64,000 nt of DNA from Glaucostegus cemiculus (Eukaryota). Location of the stretch: contig CDPCPM010000059.1 of assembly GCA_976551045.1 (NCBI GenBank), positions 4,774,001-4,838,000 of the forward strand. The letters are read 5' to 3'. The position numbers were made by a program, and so were the translations under genes. Below, in pieces: positions 62,025-64,000 of this stretch. The notes below the pieces were generated by a model. It did no database searches. It saw nothing but the letters and a program-made list of their open reading frames with translations, and was not told the origin of the DNA. The first letter of the stretch is position 1; each line of letters begins with the position of its first letter.

Positions 62025-62790
62025 GTAAATGTCAGCAAAACAAAAGAGCTGGTCACTTTGGGGGATGGGGGGGTGGGCAGGCCATGCAAATGTTCCTGTT
62101 TGCATTCAGGGATCAAGAGGGTTGAGAGCTTCAAGCTCCTGGGAGTGAACATCACCAACAGCCTGGCCTGGTCCAATCACATAGATATCACGGCCAAGAA
62201 AGCTCACCAGCACCTCTACTTCCTCAGGAGGCTAAAGAAATTTGGCATATCCCCTTTCACCCTCAAATTTTATCAATGCACCATAGAAAGCATCTTACTT
62301 GGATGCATCACGGCTTGGTATGGCAACTGCTCTGCCTGGGAGCGCAAGGAACTGCAGAGAGTTGTTGACACAGCTCAACACATCACAGAAACCAGCCTCC
62401 CTCCCACTTCTCGCTGCCCCTGTAAAGCAGCCAGCATAATCAAAGACACCCCCACCCCCCAGCCATTCTCTCTTCCCCTCTCCCATTGGGCAGAAGATAC
62501 AAAAGCCTAAAAGCACATACCACCAGGTTCAGGGGCAGCTTCTAGCTCACTGTTATAAGACTATTGTACAGTTGCCTTGTATTACCTCATGATCTATCTC
62601 ATTTGGCCTTGCAGCTCAGTGCAATGCAGGCAGACATCCTCTGTAACTGTAACACTTCATTCTGCATTCTGTTATTGTTCTCCCCATGTACTACCTCAAT
62701 GAACAGTTGTAATGAATTGATTTGTATGAACAGTATACAAGACAAGTTTTTCCACTGTACCTCAGTACATGTGACAATAATAAACCAATT
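62025..62790 (+). mobile_element. Rex1/Babar-like LINE 3' fragment
   Basis: NVSKTKELV...RVESFKLLGVNITNSLAWSNHIDITAKKAHQHLYFLRRLKKFG...FYQCTIESILLGCITAWYGNC; tail gtacatgtgacaataataaaccaat. Confidence 0.92.
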
Positions 62791-63809
62791 TATCAGTGGC
62801 TGTGGGACATTTTATTATGCTGTTAATGTGCTCTTTAAATGCAAGTTCTTGCTGTGGAACTACACATCACTTGGAGATAAAAAGGACCAAAGTGGCAAAA
62901 AGAATCACTGCCAGTGAATAATGTAATTGCACAAGGCAGGTGTGCTAGGATCACATGGAGCGTTAATGAAATTTCTTGGGTCATCTCCATTTAGCAACAG
63001 ATCAATCGATTCCGTCAGTAATGGAACCACATGGTATGTGACAGCTGGCAAAGGTTAAAAACTAGACAGGGTTAAAAAGGTCACCGAGGTCCAATACTTA
63101 TACTATTCAGTCAATAAACATGAGGCACTGTCAAAGTAGATTAGTCATAATGAGGTTTGTTGAATGTGCAGGAAAAAAAAGGCAATGTAAATGGCAGTTG
63201 TTTACATCAGATTACTGGGACATGGGACTTGGGCCAACTAGTCCATGCCAGTGTTCATGCCCTACCCATCAAATCCTTTCAGCATAACCCTTTATTCCCT
63301 TCTCCCTCATATGCTTGTGCACCTCCCCTTTAAAGGTACCTACACTACTCATTTCAGATACTCCATGATAGCAAGTTTAACATTAACATCTGAAAACTAC
63401 ATCTTATATTTAAAAAAATTAAAATTTATCCACATCTGAAAATGCTGGCCCCGGGGATACAGTGATCCTGATGTCCATAACCCAAGTAAACATTTTTCAT
63501 GTTTGAACCTAGATAGTTTTCTCAAAACCGTGCCTCAGAGTCTTGATGGGTCACCTTATTCCCGAATGTTACCACATGCCTAATAGCAACTGGAGGCCAT
63601 TGGTTATAGCCTAGATAAGAGACCTCCAATTAAACTAGACCAATATGATCCCAGCAGTTTCAAGATGCAGATTTGTGGAGGAAGGAGTGGGGAATGAACT
63701 TTAGAGTTAGCAGAAGCAGGCTAATCATCTCCTTATGCCTTCTCCACCATTCAATAAGAGTTTTTTTTAAAACCTCAATCCTGCTTTGCTGCACTAATGT
63801 CACATCCTT

Positions 63810-64000
63810 TGAGCATGCCTTATGAGAGCAGGTTGTGGGAACTCGGCCTTTTCTCCTTGGAGAGACGAAGGATGAGGGGGGACCTGATAGAGCTATATAA
63901 GATGATGAGATATATTGATCGGGTAGATAGTCAGAGGCTTTTCCCCAGAGCTGAAATGGTGGCCACAAGAGGACATAGGTTTAAGGTGCTGGGGAATAGA
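63810..64000 (+). mobile_element. CR1 fragment running off the window end
   Basis: LGLFSLERRRMRGDLIELYKMMRYIDRVDSQRLFPRAEMVATRGHRFKVLG. Confidence 0.9.

Overview
This is eukaryotic, CpG-depleted vertebrate DNA. The repeat complement points to a cartilaginous fish, probably a ray, skate or sawfish (inferred from repeat families, no database search). I found no recognisable host protein-coding exon, tRNA gene, rRNA or CRISPR array, so the window reads as intronic or intergenic. Roughly a third of it is truncated, decayed non-LTR retroelements. These include many CR1 3' fragments of several ages, Rex1/Babar-like fragments with at least four different 3' UTRs, L2 ends, a second CR1-group LINE, and one L1 fragment with a perfect 17-bp target-site duplication. 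It also holds a Penelope-like element with a GIY-YIG C-terminus, about ten short Penelope-derived copies, and four SINE types. All ORFs with protein-like content are retroelement ORF2 remnants. The most notable observations are hammerhead-ribozyme remnants in the Penelope-derived copies, V-SINEs with two alternative LINE-derived tails, a CR1 interrupted three times, and a perfect 28-bp hairpin beside a CR1 5' junction. I cannot support a previously undescribed biological system here. Boundaries of older elements are approximate and family names come from recalled motifs.
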